Source of the DNA: Smithellaceae bacterium
GTDB taxonomy: Bacteria; Desulfobacterota; Syntrophia; Syntrophales; Smithellaceae
DNA length: 64,000 nt
NCBI GenBank assembly: GCA_963667845.2
Contig: CAXXVL010000002.1
Coordinates: forward strand, 1,824,001 to 1,888,000
Direction: 5' to 3'
Position 1 is the first letter of the stretch, and each line of letters opens with the position of its first letter. Both the position numbers and the translations under genes were made by a program. The notes beneath the pieces are model-generated. The model saw only the letters and a program-made list of their open reading frames with translations, did no database searches and was not told where the DNA came from. Shown piece after piece: positions 47,103 through 57,416 of the stretch.

Positions 47103-49613
47103 TTAAAATTTGTTATGGCTGACCCGTTCAATGACTTCGTTTTGCAGCTCGCGGCCCACGGTCGTGAAGTAGGCGTTATACCCGGTAATGCGCACCAGGA
47201 GATGCCGATAGTCCTGGGGGTGGGCCTGAGCGTCTTTCAGCATTCCGGGCTCCAGCATGTTGATCTGTAATGCCGTGCCGCCGTTGTGGGCATATCCTTT
47301 CAGGAAGGCCTTGAATTTATCCTTGTGCGCCGGATCGCGCAGGATAGATGGATTAAACGTGATCGTGTGGCTGGCGCCGTTCGGGAGGTCGTTTCGGTAA
47401 TCCTGCCATTCCCCGCGTCCGTCCTCCGCTTTTCCGCCCAGCACAGTTCCCACGGAGTTGGCATTGGCGGTCGGACCGTTGATGTCCGCCCCGTTGGACG
47501 GGCAGATGGCATTGGACAGGAACTGCCCTTTTCTTCTGCCGTCGGCACTCGCCGCCATGACGAAGCCGTCGCCGGCCCAGTAGTTCCAGCTCAGCATCCC
47601 CGGCCGGAATCTGCGCGAGGTGGATTTTGTGCTGTGCCGCCAGGTTTCATCGCACCAAAGCTCCATCACGCGGCGGGCCAGCGCGTCCGCCTCGTCATCG
47701 TCGCGGCCGTATTTGGGTGCGCGGTTTTTGGCCATGGCATGAAGCACCTCATGACCCTGCCAGTTGGATTTGAGCGCGGAAACCAGCTCGTTCATCGTAC
47801 AGGCTTTTTTGTCGAAGACCAGATACTTGACGGCCAGCAGTGAATCCACCGTGGTCGCATAGGTGACGGCTTCCAGCGTCACGAAACTGATCTCGGCGCC
47901 GCCCTGTGTGACATCCTTTCCCTGCCTCGCGCAGCCTGTTACCATGCAGGAAAGATACGGCGTGGGGAAAAACCGCGCACGAATCGACTCGGACGTTTCA
48001 TAAAGGTCGACGCACTTCCGGATGATGTAGCGGGTCTGGAGGGCATAAGCCTCCCAGAAATCTTCCCAGGTCTTAAAGGAGGCGGCATCCGGCGTTCGCG
48101 GTCCGTCCTGCCGCACCCGTTCTCTTTTCCCGGTCATGGGATCGCAAAAAGGCAGCAGATCCCTTCCTCCGGTCAGTGCCAGTTCCACCGCTTTGAGCAG
48201 GTTGATGTTGGCATCCACCGTACCGGAACGGTCATTGCCGACCATCGTATTTTCCAGACAGCCGACGGGCGCATACTCATGAACATTGCCCTCGTGAATC
48301 AAGTCGGCGATTCCGGCCCTCCTCGCTTCTCGCATCATGCCGGCCATGGACCGTTCGTCGAAATTCAGGAGAAAAGGAGCACCCTGACTCGATTCAATCA
48401 TATCGACAATTTTATCCAGCAGGATGTCGGGACTGTTCCGATGCAGGCGCACATTGGGTTTGGGCTCGAGGATCGGCGACATTTCATCGATGACTTCCAG
48501 CATGACATAGGTCAGATCATTGGTCATGTCCTTTCCGTTTGCCCCGAGGCCGGACAGGGTGATCAACTGACCGAACCCGGCGGTGATGCCCTGATTGCCG
48601 TTACGGATCATGGCGTCGTAAGCCGTGTTGGCGTGAATCCAGAAGCACTTCAGAATTTCCTTGGCCCATTCCCTAGTCATGCCGTCGAGGATGGATTTCT
48701 GATAATAGGGATAGAGATATTGATCCATCCGGCCGAACGATACGCCGGCGCCGGGATAGTTTTCATCCGTCATGACCAGCATATGGTTGATCCAGAGCGC
48801 CTGCACCGCATCCCAGAAGGTTGTTGCCGGTTCCCAGGGCACGCGGCTTAAGCCGGCGGCCATCGACCGGAGCTCGACGGCTCGATTCGCGTCATGCTCT
48901 TTTTCACTGAGGGCCAGGCAGACCGTCCGGTATTTTAAGCCCAGATCACGCGCCATCGTGGAGGCGGTGATCATCGCTCTGAGCTCGGCGCCTTTTGAAC
49001 CGCTTCGTTCCTGACCGGAGAGGGCGTTATAGATCGACATCAGCTCCGCATAAACGCCCTTCCAGCCGATCGCGAGCAGACGCTCGTAACCGGGGATCAG
49101 ATGGCCGCTGGTGGCTCCGGCGTTTCCGTATCCGTGATCGTGATACCATTTCATTTGTGCTCTGGCGCCGTTTTTCCCTTTGACCTGTTTTATCCACTCC
49201 CTGCTTTCTTCTTCGGTGAAGCACATGGAGGTCTGAACATTAAACCGGGCGCCCGCGATCAGGTCGTGGGGCAGAATTTCCTGAGGGACATGGTTCAAGA
49301 TGACCTCGCGGACAAACCAGGCGCGTCTTTCGGGGAGCGTCAAGCTCCAGAAATCCGGATGAAGCTCGACGGGCCTTGCCGCCTGAAGATAGGATGCGCC
49401 CAGCGTGTTCAGCAGGGTGTAGGTTTCGGGTACGATATAGAAAGTCAGTTCATTGTAGATGATGTCCCAGGGGGTCCCCGTGGTCCAGGCCGTGAATTCA
49501 TTGTTCCAGGTCCGTTCGGTTCCCCGGAAATAATAATCTCTCAGCCACTGGATACGGTCGGACAATTCTTTCGGTTCTTTGAGGGTGCGCTCCCGCACCA
49601 GGACGGCTTTCAT
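47103..49613 (-). CDS. Glycyl radical enzyme of unknown substrate (PFL superfamily)
   Basis: Gly loop LVRITGYNAYF; Cys loop VGCLE; SFGRMDQYLYPYY. Confidence 0.95.
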   Translation of the reverse strand: MKAVLVRERTLKEPKELSDRIQWLRDYYFRGTERTWNNEFTAWTTGTPWDIIYNELTFYIVPETYTLLNTLGASYLQAARPVELHPDFWSLTLPERRAWFVREVILNHVPQEILPHDLIAGARFNVQTSMCFTEEESREWIKQVKGKNGARAQMKWYHDHGYGNAGATSGHLIPGYERLLAIGWKGVYAELMSIYNALSGQERSGSKGAELRAMITASTMARDLGLKYRTVCLALSEKEHDANRAVELRSMAAGLSRVPWEPATTFWDAVQALWINHMLVMTDENYPGAGVSFGRMDQYLYPYYQKSILDGMTREWAKEILKCFWIHANTAYDAMIRNGNQGITAGFGQLITLSGLGANGKDMTNDLTYVMLEVIDEMSPILEPKPNVRLHRNSPDILLDKIVDMIESSQGAPFLLNFDERSMAGMMREARRAGIADLIHEGNVHEYAPVGCLENTMVGNDRSGTVDANINLLKAVELALTGGRDLLPFCDPMTGKRERVRQDGPRTPDAASFKTWEDFWEAYALQTRYIIRKCVDLYETSESIRARFFPTPYLSCMVTGCARQGKDVTQGGAEISFVTLEAVTYATTVDSLLAVKYLVFDKKACTMNELVSALKSNWQGHEVLHAMAKNRAPKYGRDDDEADALARRVMELWCDETWRHSTKSTSRRFRPGMLSWNYWAGDGFVMAASADGRRKGQFLSNAICPSNGADINGPTANANSVGTVLGGKAEDGRGEWQDYRNDLPNGASHTITFNPSILRDPAHKDKFKAFLKGYAHNGGTALQINMLEPGMLKDAQAHPQDYRHLLVRITGYNAYFTTVGRELQNEVIERVSHNKF

Positions 49614-49614
49614 A

Positions 49615-50379
49615 TCAACCTCCTTTGAGGGGAATGCCGGAAAGAGGGCGGACTTCCCGGTCGATCGTTTTACGCAGATACTTTTCTCCGTGAAACAGAA
49701 GTTCTTTCATGACCGCTGACGCCTTTTTCACTTCACCCGATTCAATGGCTTTCGCGAGTTTCCGATGATACGTGTGAACCGTTGCGCTGACGCTTGGATC
49801 CTTGAAGAACTGGCCCGACAGATTCGTGTAAACCGGCCGGAACGAATTCAGGAGCAGCGGATAAACGGAATTGCCCGATGCCACGGCGACGAGCAGGTGA
49901 AATTCAAAATCAAGGTCCGTTATCATTTGTGTGCTGCGGTGAGGGGTCGATTCTTCTTTTTCGACATGGCTGGATAATTCCCGGACCTGCTCGGGGGTCC
50001 TGTTTCTGGCCGCCTGCGAGGCGAAAGCCGGTTCCATCAGCATTCTCATCTCGAGGAGGCTCTCCATCAGTTCGGGCTCCAGTCTGCCTTTGTGATACTG
50101 GACCAGAGAAGAAAGCACCGTAATGGATCCCTCTTTGCGATAATCATTGACGGTGGCGCCGAGGCGGGGTTTAAGCGCAACGAGTCCGCGCGATGCCAGT
50201 TCGACCAGACCTTCGTGGACCACCGGGCGGCTCACGCCGAGCTCGTGGGCTAGCTCGCGCTCCGACGGCAGTTTCTGCCCGATCTGAATTTTTCCGGAAA
50301 GAATCAGCTCTTCGAACCGAAGCACGAACACCTCTTTGAGGCTGTCTGTTTTGATGGGTTGCAGTAATGATTCCAGCAT
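49615..50379 (-). CDS. GntR/FadR-family regulator
   Basis: KLPSERELAHELGVSRPVVHEGL; FCD domain DFEFH...SGN. Confidence 0.95.
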   Translation of the reverse strand: MLESLLQPIKTDSLKEVFVLRFEELILSGKIQIGQKLPSERELAHELGVSRPVVHEGLVELASRGLVALKPRLGATVNDYRKEGSITVLSSLVQYHKGRLEPELMESLLEMRMLMEPAFASQAARNRTPEQVRELSSHVEKEESTPHRSTQMITDLDFEFHLLVAVASGNSVYPLLLNSFRPVYTNLSGQFFKDPSVSATVHTYHRKLAKAIESGEVKKASAVMKELLFHGEKYLRKTIDREVRPLSGIPLKGG

Positions 50380-50404
50380 TCGTTTCTTCCTTTGCTTGAT
50401 CCGG

Positions 50405-50450
50405 CTGGTGGTATTACCAGATTGATAAACTTAAAATCGCTATTTGTCAA
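50405..50450 (-). promoter_or_regulatory. Sigma70 promoter with FadR-type operator
   Basis: Minus strand TTGACA-17 bp-TATCAA followed by palindrome TGGTAATACCA (50409-50419). Confidence 0.7.
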
Positions 50451-50614
50451 GAACTCCGCCGGCGGATTTTAAGAGACGCTTCTTTCCCAAGACCAAAAAA
50501 GCCCGACCGCTCAAGGAAACCGGAGATGTGTGTGACGTGGCTTGATATAATAAGAAAAACAGGCTATATAATGCCGAAGCGATTGACACATTTCCCGGTC
50601 CATGAAGGTTTTAT

Positions 50615-51562
50615 ATGACTGCCAAAGAATCTGAAAAGTGGTTGAAAATTGAAATAACGGCGCCGCTGGAACTGATCGATGCGTTAAGTAATTTTCTGGA
50701 AGAAACCGGTGCCCAGGGTGTTTTTTCCGAATCCCTGCTGCAACCCGGGGCCGCCGACTTACCGGAAGCCGAGGATGTCGAGGTCATTCAGGCCTTTTTC
50801 CCCGCGGATATCCGCAGCGAAAAACGGATTTATGCAGTGCGTAAATATTTAAAAAGCCTGGAAGAAATTTTCCCTGAAATTGCAGCGCCGACGCTTGCGA
50901 CGGAAATCATTTCGGATCCGGACTGGGGCGAACAGTGGAAGAAGTATTTCAAGCCGATCCGCGTCTGCAAAAATATTGTTGTCAAACCGACCTGGGAAAG
51001 GTACTCGCCCGCGAGCCGGGACATCGTGGTTGAAATTGATCCGGGCATGGCTTTTGGAACCGGCCAGCACGCTTCCACGCGCATGTGCATGGAAGCCATT
51101 GAGGATATCATCTTAAAGGATCGTTCCGTCAAGGAATGGAAAGTTCTCGATGTCGGCTGCGGCACGGGAATTTTGGGCATTACCGCCGCCAAAATGGGTG
51201 CCGGGGATGTCATTTGCGTGGACAACGATCCCAAGGCAACGGAAATTGCGGCCCAAAACGCCGTCATCAATGCCGTGGACGACAGACTGCGCATCTTGAA
51301 TGAAGACGCGGCGCAAATCAGCCAGCCCCGCAATCTGATTATCGCCAATCTGACGGCTAAATTGCTGCTGAAGTTGCATGATCAACTCGTCCGGCTTTTG
51401 CTGCCGGGAGGCTATCTGATTATTTCCGGAATCATCGAGCCCGATGTTCCGGCAATCGAGGAGCATTTCATCGGTGCGCTGCTCGAGAAGCAAAACATGC
51501 TGACCGAAAAAGAGTGGGTTTGTTATGTGCTGAAGAGGAATCGGGCAGATTTAAAATCCTGA
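50615..51562 (+). CDS. prmA: Ribosomal protein L11 methyltransferase
   Basis: IDPGMAFGTGQHAST, VLDVGCGTGILGI, IIANL, ISGII. Confidence 0.97.
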   Translation: MTAKESEKWLKIEITAPLELIDALSNFLEETGAQGVFSESLLQPGAADLPEAEDVEVIQAFFPADIRSEKRIYAVRKYLKSLEEIFPEIAAPTLATEIISDPDWGEQWKKYFKPIRVCKNIVVKPTWERYSPASRDIVVEIDPGMAFGTGQHASTRMCMEAIEDIILKDRSVKEWKVLDVGCGTGILGITAAKMGAGDVICVDNDPKATEIAAQNAVINAVDDRLRILNEDAAQISQPRNLIIANLTAKLLLKLHDQLVRLLLPGGYLIISGIIEPDVPAIEEHFIGALLEKQNMLTEKEWVCYVLKRNRADLKS

Positions 51563-51599
51563 TGGTTTTTGCGGATCAAAATAATTTCAAAGAAAGTGG

Positions 51600-52379
51600 T
51601 TGGCTTTGAGTCTGCCCAGAATCTACTGTCCCGAATCGCTGCAAAACGCGGCGACCTGCGTGCTGGGAACGGATAATCTCCGTTACCTGAAAACCGTTTT
51701 GCGTCTCAGGGCCGGCGACAAAATTATTGTCTTTGACGGTTTCGGGCACGAGTTTGAAGCGGGCATCGAAGGCTTCAGCGCATCCGGTGTGCTGCTTTCG
51801 CTGGGAGCGTCCATTGCGCAGGCGGCTGAAAAAATAAACCTGACGCTCGCCCAGGCGATCCCGAAGGCCGGCAAAATGGATTTGATTGTCAAGACCGCCG
51901 CTGAACTGGGTACGGACGTTATTATTCCCTTTACGGCCGCCCGGTCGGTAGGCAGGATTGATAGAGAAAAAGCCGAGACCAAAGTCGGCCGCTGGCAGAA
52001 GATTGTCCTAGAGGCCGCCCGCTGTTCGCGCAGCCCCCGACTGGCTGCAATTGAGCCGGTCTCGTCTTTTGACGATATGCTCACCCTGGCTCCGCCGGAT
52101 GCCTGTAAAATGATTTTTTGGGAAGAGGAAGACCGGCTGACTATCCGGGATGCTCTCCATGATCAACGCTTTTCCCGGGCCCGTCATTATTTCGTAATCG
52201 TCGGACCGGAAGGCGGTTTGTCGCGTGATGAGGTCGACCGGGCAAAAACCGCCGGATTTGTTTCCGTAAGTCTCGGCAGGCGGATTTTGAAAGTGGAAAC
52301 AGCGGCCGCAGCAATTATATCGATCATCCAATACGAAAAGGGGATATTCAGCGAAAGTGCCAAAGGGGGAGAAACATGA
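51600..52379 (+). CDS. rsmE: 16S rRNA m3U1498 methyltransferase
   Basis: VLRL, ELG, VGPEGGL, SLGRRILKVETA; follows prmA. Confidence 0.97.
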   Translation: MALSLPRIYCPESLQNAATCVLGTDNLRYLKTVLRLRAGDKIIVFDGFGHEFEAGIEGFSASGVLLSLGASIAQAAEKINLTLAQAIPKAGKMDLIVKTAAELGTDVIIPFTAARSVGRIDREKAETKVGRWQKIVLEAARCSRSPRLAAIEPVSSFDDMLTLAPPDACKMIFWEEEDRLTIRDALHDQRFSRARHYFVIVGPEGGLSRDEVDRAKTAGFVSVSLGRRILKVETAAAAIISIIQYEKGIFSESAKGGET

Positions 52380-53014
52380 CGACTTACAAGTTTGCCGGGT
52401 TCTGGCGACGCTTTGTCGCCTATTCGATTGATGGATTCATTATCAGTATCGTCTTCATTATTCTGGCCGTGATTTCGGGCATAGCCTTTTTTGCCGGCGC
52501 GATGTCCGGTAAGAATTCGGTCTGGATCAGCAAAATGACCGATCTTGAATGCCTGGGTTCAATCGGAATGGCCATCGTGGGGTTCTATACACTGCTCTTT
52601 ATCGCTTACTTTACTTATTTCCTCGGTCTCAACGGGAGGACGCCCGGCAAAAGGCTGCTGGGACTGCAGGTCGTGTCGGTCGAAGGCCAGCCGATTTCTT
52701 TTGGTACCGCCTTCCTGAGATCAGTGGGGTATCTGGTTTCGAGTTTATTATTCACGATACCATTGGGCTACATCTGGGCGGCTTTTGATAAAAAAAAGCA
52801 GGCCTGGCATGACAAGATTGCCGGCACGGTGGTCATCATCCGTGAACCCGAGGAAAATACCGCCGGAATTTCCATCCCGGATGATGCGGGTACAACACCC
52901 GGCTCCCCGGGAGTTCTGAGTGCAACTTCGGATGTTTCTCCGATGGAACCCCAAAAGCCGCAAACGCCCTCTCCTCAAGAAGCTTCGGGAGCAGACAACC
53001 AAAAAATACCTTGA
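52376..53014 (+). CDS. RDD family membrane protein
   Basis: AGFWRRFVAYSID, GRTPGK, WHDKIAGT. Confidence 0.95.
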   Translation: MTTYKFAGFWRRFVAYSIDGFIISIVFIILAVISGIAFFAGAMSGKNSVWISKMTDLECLGSIGMAIVGFYTLLFIAYFTYFLGLNGRTPGKRLLGLQVVSVEGQPISFGTAFLRSVGYLVSSLLFTIPLGYIWAAFDKKKQAWHDKIAGTVVIIREPEENTAGISIPDDAGTTPGSPGVLSATSDVSPMEPQKPQTPSPQEASGADNQKIP

Positions 53015-53073
53015 CAAAAGAAACCAGATTTTATAGACGTTTCGAGCCTTTTCGCAGGTAAGATCAATAAGGC

Positions 53074-53149
53074 GGGTCGGTAGCTCAGTCGGTAGAGCAT
53101 CGGACTGAAAATCCGAGTGTCGGCAGTTCAATTCTGCCCTGACCCACCA
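53074..53149 (+). tRNA. tRNA-Phe (GAA)
   Basis: GGGTCGGTAGCTCAGTCGGTAGAGCATCGGACTGAAAATCCGAGTGTCGGCAGTTCAATTCTGCCCTGACCCACCA. Confidence 0.98.
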
Positions 53150-53162
53150 TTAAATAGAGGGG

Positions 53163-53503
53163 TTACAAGTCGTAAAACGGTTTGTGACCCCTTTCTTTTT
53201 GAGACTGTGATGAAATTGTGATAATTTTCTCATCGACCTTATCCATGACGTCGATGCTGGAACGCAAGCTGTCTGTGTCGTAGTGTACGTACCTGGTGAC
53301 CATGGACAACGTTTTCCACCTCCCAACTTTTGATCTGCGTAAATATCCACCCCGCACCGAACAAGTCGAGTAGCAAAAATATGCCTTAAATCATGGAACC
53401 GAAGGTTTTCAATTTTGGCCACTTCCTTTGCACTTTGAAATGCTCTGAAAAGATTTCGATTGCTAATCCTTGTTTGATTTTGAGAGGGGAACACATACCA
53501 CAT
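53163..53503 (-). pseudogene. C-terminal tyrosine integrase fragment, frameshifted
   Basis: LRFHDLRHIFATRLV..GVDIY..QKLG then, in another frame, GRWKTLSMVTRYVH. Confidence 0.9.
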
Positions 53504-53636
53504 TCAGGAACAGCAAAACATGTGACTCAATATTGAAGTTGGAATAGGTTCGGAATGAAGAAAGACGGTTAAGCTAGCAGAATAGAAGGACAGTCTGCAA
53601 GAACTGGCATAGGAAATTGCTGGTTTGCGCAGGTGA

Positions 53637-54152
53637 TTATTTTTTGAGAGCGAATAGTTCTTCTAAAAGATTGGCAAGGTTCGGACAATCCCAGCAGCTG
53701 ATCCTGCCATCGCGATTGATCAAAACGACCATCGGTACGCCAACAATACCAAACTTGCGAGAGACTTCTCCGTCCTTATCCAGAAGAGTTGGATAGAGAA
53801 TGTCGTGTCCCTTGGCAAATCGCTCGGCCTTTTCTCCTGGTTCCATGACATCGATATTAAAAATAACCAAGCCCTTCGACTTATATAGGGAATAGTTTTC
53901 CTTCATATGGGGAATCATTTTCCAGGTGCCGCGAATCCAGGTAGTCATGAATAACAAAATAACAGGCTTCCCTTTATAGTCACTAAGCTTGACCGTATGA
54001 CCACTCAGATCCTCCAGGGTAAAATCAGGTGCATGATCGCCCTCTCTTATGTTGGCGATCTGCTCTCCCGGCGAAGGGCTCGGAAAAGAAAAAATAAGGA
54101 ACATGCAACAGATTAGGGCAAAACAAAAAAAACGCTGAAACGTTGCATTCAT
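53637..54152 (-). CDS. TlpA/AhpC-TSA thioredoxin-fold exported protein lacking the canonical CxxC
   Basis: APDFTLEDLSG...LSDYKGKPVILLFMTTWIRGT; GVP; C-terminal CWDC. Confidence 0.85.
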   Translation of the reverse strand: MNATFQRFFCFALICCMFLIFSFPSPSPGEQIANIREGDHAPDFTLEDLSGHTVKLSDYKGKPVILLFMTTWIRGTWKMIPHMKENYSLYKSKGLVIFNIDVMEPGEKAERFAKGHDILYPTLLDKDGEVSRKFGIVGVPMVVLINRDGRISCWDCPNLANLLEELFALKK

Positions 54153-54309
54153 ATACGCCCCCTCGTTAAAGAAAAGATAATCTATACGCATGAAAGAAAT
54201 CAATTAGATTATATAAAGGTTTGACGATATGTCAATCAGGAATAATAAAATAATAAAATTGTAAAATTATAATTTTATAATATCTTAAAACCATAAGTGC
54301 ATTTGTCAG

Positions 54310-54795
54310 TTAGGTCAGATCTCTTATATATGGTTTAAAGAATCTATGAATCAAAGAAAGCAGTATTACACTCATTATGACCGCAAGAAATACATCTAAA
54401 GATATACCTGTCATGGCAACCCCAAGAGCAGTACCGGCCGCAGGTGGATGTTCCATATCAATTACTACCATTGTGAATATTGCAGTTCCTACGGCAAGTG
54501 AATTTACAAGAATAGAATATACTAAAGCCGACTGGGGAAGTAAGGAAAATAGAAATCCGAAAAAAAGACCAACCAATTGACCTCCTATAACATTTCTGGG
54601 TTGCGCAGTTATACTATCGGGCATTGCAAATATGATGAAAGCAGTAGAACCGATTGATGCGATAATTACAGCATGCTGTATGCTCAAAAAATAAAGAACG
54701 ATAAAAACAGACAAGGTAGCAAGGAGACTTTGCATCACGTAATTCTTCCAATGCTGTCTGAATTCTCTATCTATTTTTTTGAATGATTTTTTCAT
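54310..54795 (-). CDS. HPP family membrane protein
   Basis: ASIGSTA, AQPRNVIGGQ, EHPPAAGTAL. Confidence 0.93.
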   Translation of the reverse strand: MKKSFKKIDREFRQHWKNYVMQSLLATLSVFIVLYFLSIQHAVIIASIGSTAFIIFAMPDSITAQPRNVIGGQLVGLFFGFLFSLLPQSALVYSILVNSLAVGTAIFTMVVIDMEHPPAAGTALGVAMTGISLDVFLAVIMSVILLSLIHRFFKPYIRDLT

Positions 54796-55103
54796 AAACG
54801 AACCTCAATCAGAACATATTTTGCAAACCTTATCGTTTGGTTTGTAAACTAATATCCCTTGAATTAATTTACAACAACTATATGGATCTTAGTTGTTCAA
54901 AGGATATATTCCATGAAAAATTTGTCGATTTTCCGTATGAAATGTTGAATGTCCGGCGAGATCATAGGACGCTCACTTTCAGGAGGTTGTCCGCAGGTGC
55001 GAAAGACTGGAAAACAGGGATCAGTCGATGCATGTTTTAACCCGCTTTCAGTGATGTGGTTCAATCATCCAGCCGGTTGCTTTTTATTTGAAGCCTCTGA
55101 TAA

Positions 55104-55147
55104 GAAAATCCGAGTGTCGGCAGTTCAATTCTGCCCTGACCCACCAT
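55104..55147 (+). repeat. att site: duplicated 3' half of tRNA-Phe
   Basis: GAAAATCCGAGTGTCGGCAGTTCAATTCTGCCCTGACCCACCAT. Confidence 0.95.
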
Positions 55148-55152
55148 CTTAT

Positions 55153-55190
55153 AAGGGTTTTCAAGACTTTCTTGAAACCCTCTTTTTTTG
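55153..55190 (+). terminator. Displaced tRNA terminator
   Basis: AAGGGTTTTCAAGA...TCTTGAAACCCT then T-run, just after the att copy. Confidence 0.7.
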
Positions 55191-56167
55191 ACTCTATAAG
55201 ATTTGCAAAAGACCTTCCGCCTCGTAAATTTGAGTAATATCAATAAGCTGTACAATCTTCCTCCCTGTCTCTTTCATGGTTCACGAACGACAGCTGAATA
55301 CTGCCCCTAAATCTTATCAAAGAGAAAATGAGTTTATCTGATTTGCGTAAAGGGCAGACCGCGGAAATGTTGATTAATAGAAGATTAGGGATGATGGAAG
55401 GAAATTTTTCAAATAAGATAACCGTATTGTTTGCAAATACTTACCCATCAAATTGAACGAGATTTGTAAAAAAGTGAATAGATCCGGAGCAGCTTCCTCA
55501 GACATAATTATCCCCAATGAGACCCTTCCCGCCGTATAGTAGTATTACGCTATCAATCCTCACTCATTAAACTAGTATTGACCCAAAATACTTCCAACTC
55601 TAATATAACGCTGAAATAATAATCGTTTCTATTTGAATTTACAAGCAAATCTCCTCAGCTAAAGATGCTGATGTAACTCAGGGGGCGGAGCTGGGTCAGG
55701 TGTATTGCATAAGTCCTCAATCTCATGACCTCTAAATCATGATGAGACAAAATGTGTGGTCGATCGAACTGAAGTTTTTGAGGTCGGCAAATAATATTCG
55801 GGCAGAAGCGGATCATTTTTTTGCAGAAACAAGGATGCTTCCTGCAGCGAAAATGGGCAGACGTAGAAAGATTAGCCGAGTAAAAAAACCTGATGTCCCA
55901 TTTTTTCTCATTTTCATCCTATTCACAGAAAGACGTCTGTTAATAAGAATCTCGCGCCGAATGTTGACGGTTTTAAACATCCTGGAAATTGCAATCCCCG
56001 AGGCCCTGAGCGCCGGTTCATAAGGATAACAAAAGCCCCTCACACGTAGGTTTCTACTGTCATAATGCATACATTTATTTAGCGTTGTCATACACCTACA
56101 TGCGGGTTAATCTAATAATCAAGGCTCGCATTAAATCCTGAAGCGCGAAAGGAGACACTAAAAAACA

Positions 56168-57280
56168 ATGAAGTCACCGCAAAAAAGCGAGGCCCGCAAC
56201 ATGAATAAAATGGAGATTTCGATGGTCGATGATACAGCCGCGGCAGTGAGGCGGTTAGGCAAATTGATCATCGTGGTTCTGGGGATATTCCTGCTCACCG
56301 CTCCGGCGGGCGCCGACGAGACGCAGTTTGCAAAGAACAAGAGGGAGCTGCAAAGCTACGCGACGGGAGTAGAGATCCCGAGAAACTTCGCGAGGCAAGG
56401 ATTCGACTACGACCTGGATATGGTGATGAGAGGCATGAAGGACGCGGCGGCAGGCGGCAAGCTGCTCTGGAGCGAAGAAGACCTCACGGCAACCCGGAGC
56501 ACGATCATAGCTGAATTCAAGGAGAGGAGAGATGGAATCACTGCAAACCTGTCCCGGCAGGAGCTCGAGCAGAAGGCGCGGCTGGCGGAGCAGGACATCA
56601 AGAGAAAGAAGCAAGAGCGGTTCCTAGCCGGGACTAAGACGGCGGAAAGCGAGGAAGTGCAGCAGTCCAGGAAGAAGAGGGAGATGCAAAGCTACGCGAT
56701 GGGAGTCGAGATGCTGAGAAACTTCAACCGGCAAAAATTCGACTACGATCTGGATATGGTGCTGCAAGGCATGAAGGACGAGGCCTTGGGCGGCAAGCTC
56801 CGGTGGAAAGAAGAATATCTGACAGCCGCCCAACGGATGTCCGTTGCGGAGCTCAAGTATAAAAGAGGGCAAGACCGTGCAAGGATGCAGCAGGATAATA
56901 AGAAGAAGGGGGAGGAATTCCTCGCCGCGAATAAGACGAATGAAGGCGTGGTGGCTCTGCCCAGCGGCCTGCAATACAGGATCCTCAAAGAGGGTGACGG
57001 CAGGAAGCCTACCGAATCCGACAGGGTGAAGTTCCAGTATCGGGGCACCCGCATCGACGGGGCCGAACTCGACAATTCCGGGCAAAGCGGGCAGCAGGCT
57101 GTTTCCAGGAAAGTTGCCGAAGTCATCCCCGGTTGGCGGGAGGCCCTTAAGCTCATGCCCGAAGGATCCAGGTGGCAGCTTTTCCTACCGTCCGAACTCG
57201 CTTACGGACAGCGGGGTGCCGGCCGGATCGGCCCCTACGAGACGACCATCTATGAAATTGAACTCGTCGCTATTGAGTAA
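56168..57280 (+). CDS. FKBP-type peptidyl-prolyl isomerase with duplicated N-terminal domain
   Basis: SYA.GVE...FDYDLDMV..GMKD twice; LPSGLQY, VIPGWREAL, ELAYG. Confidence 0.95.
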   Translation: MKSPQKSEARNMNKMEISMVDDTAAAVRRLGKLIIVVLGIFLLTAPAGADETQFAKNKRELQSYATGVEIPRNFARQGFDYDLDMVMRGMKDAAAGGKLLWSEEDLTATRSTIIAEFKERRDGITANLSRQELEQKARLAEQDIKRKKQERFLAGTKTAESEEVQQSRKKREMQSYAMGVEMLRNFNRQKFDYDLDMVLQGMKDEALGGKLRWKEEYLTAAQRMSVAELKYKRGQDRARMQQDNKKKGEEFLAANKTNEGVVALPSGLQYRILKEGDGRKPTESDRVKFQYRGTRIDGAELDNSGQSGQQAVSRKVAEVIPGWREALKLMPEGSRWQLFLPSELAYGQRGAGRIGPYETTIYEIELVAIE

Positions 57281-57416
57281 TATGAGGCCTATTCCCCTGC
57301 TTCCACAGGGGTTGGAGTTTGTTAATGGGAGGTAATTAAGATTAACTTGGTGTCGTGAGTGAAGTGGAGACAATAAATAACATTAAATCAACCAATCGAA
57401 GAAAGGAGTAAGCTAA

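Larger units (their letters stand above)
53107..55147. mobile_element. Decayed ~2-kb mini-island at tRNA-Phe
   Basis: 44-bp exact direct repeat of the tRNA 3' half at 53107-53150 and 55104-55147; integrase fragment inside. Confidence 0.9.

Noticed and set aside
47103..49613. Alkyl/benzylsuccinate synthase or true pyruvate formate-lyase
   Set aside because: Cys loop is GCLE, not CMSP-type or Cys-Cys, and no small subunit genes are present
55104..55147. Second tRNA-Phe gene
   Set aside because: Only the 3' half is present; it is an att duplication
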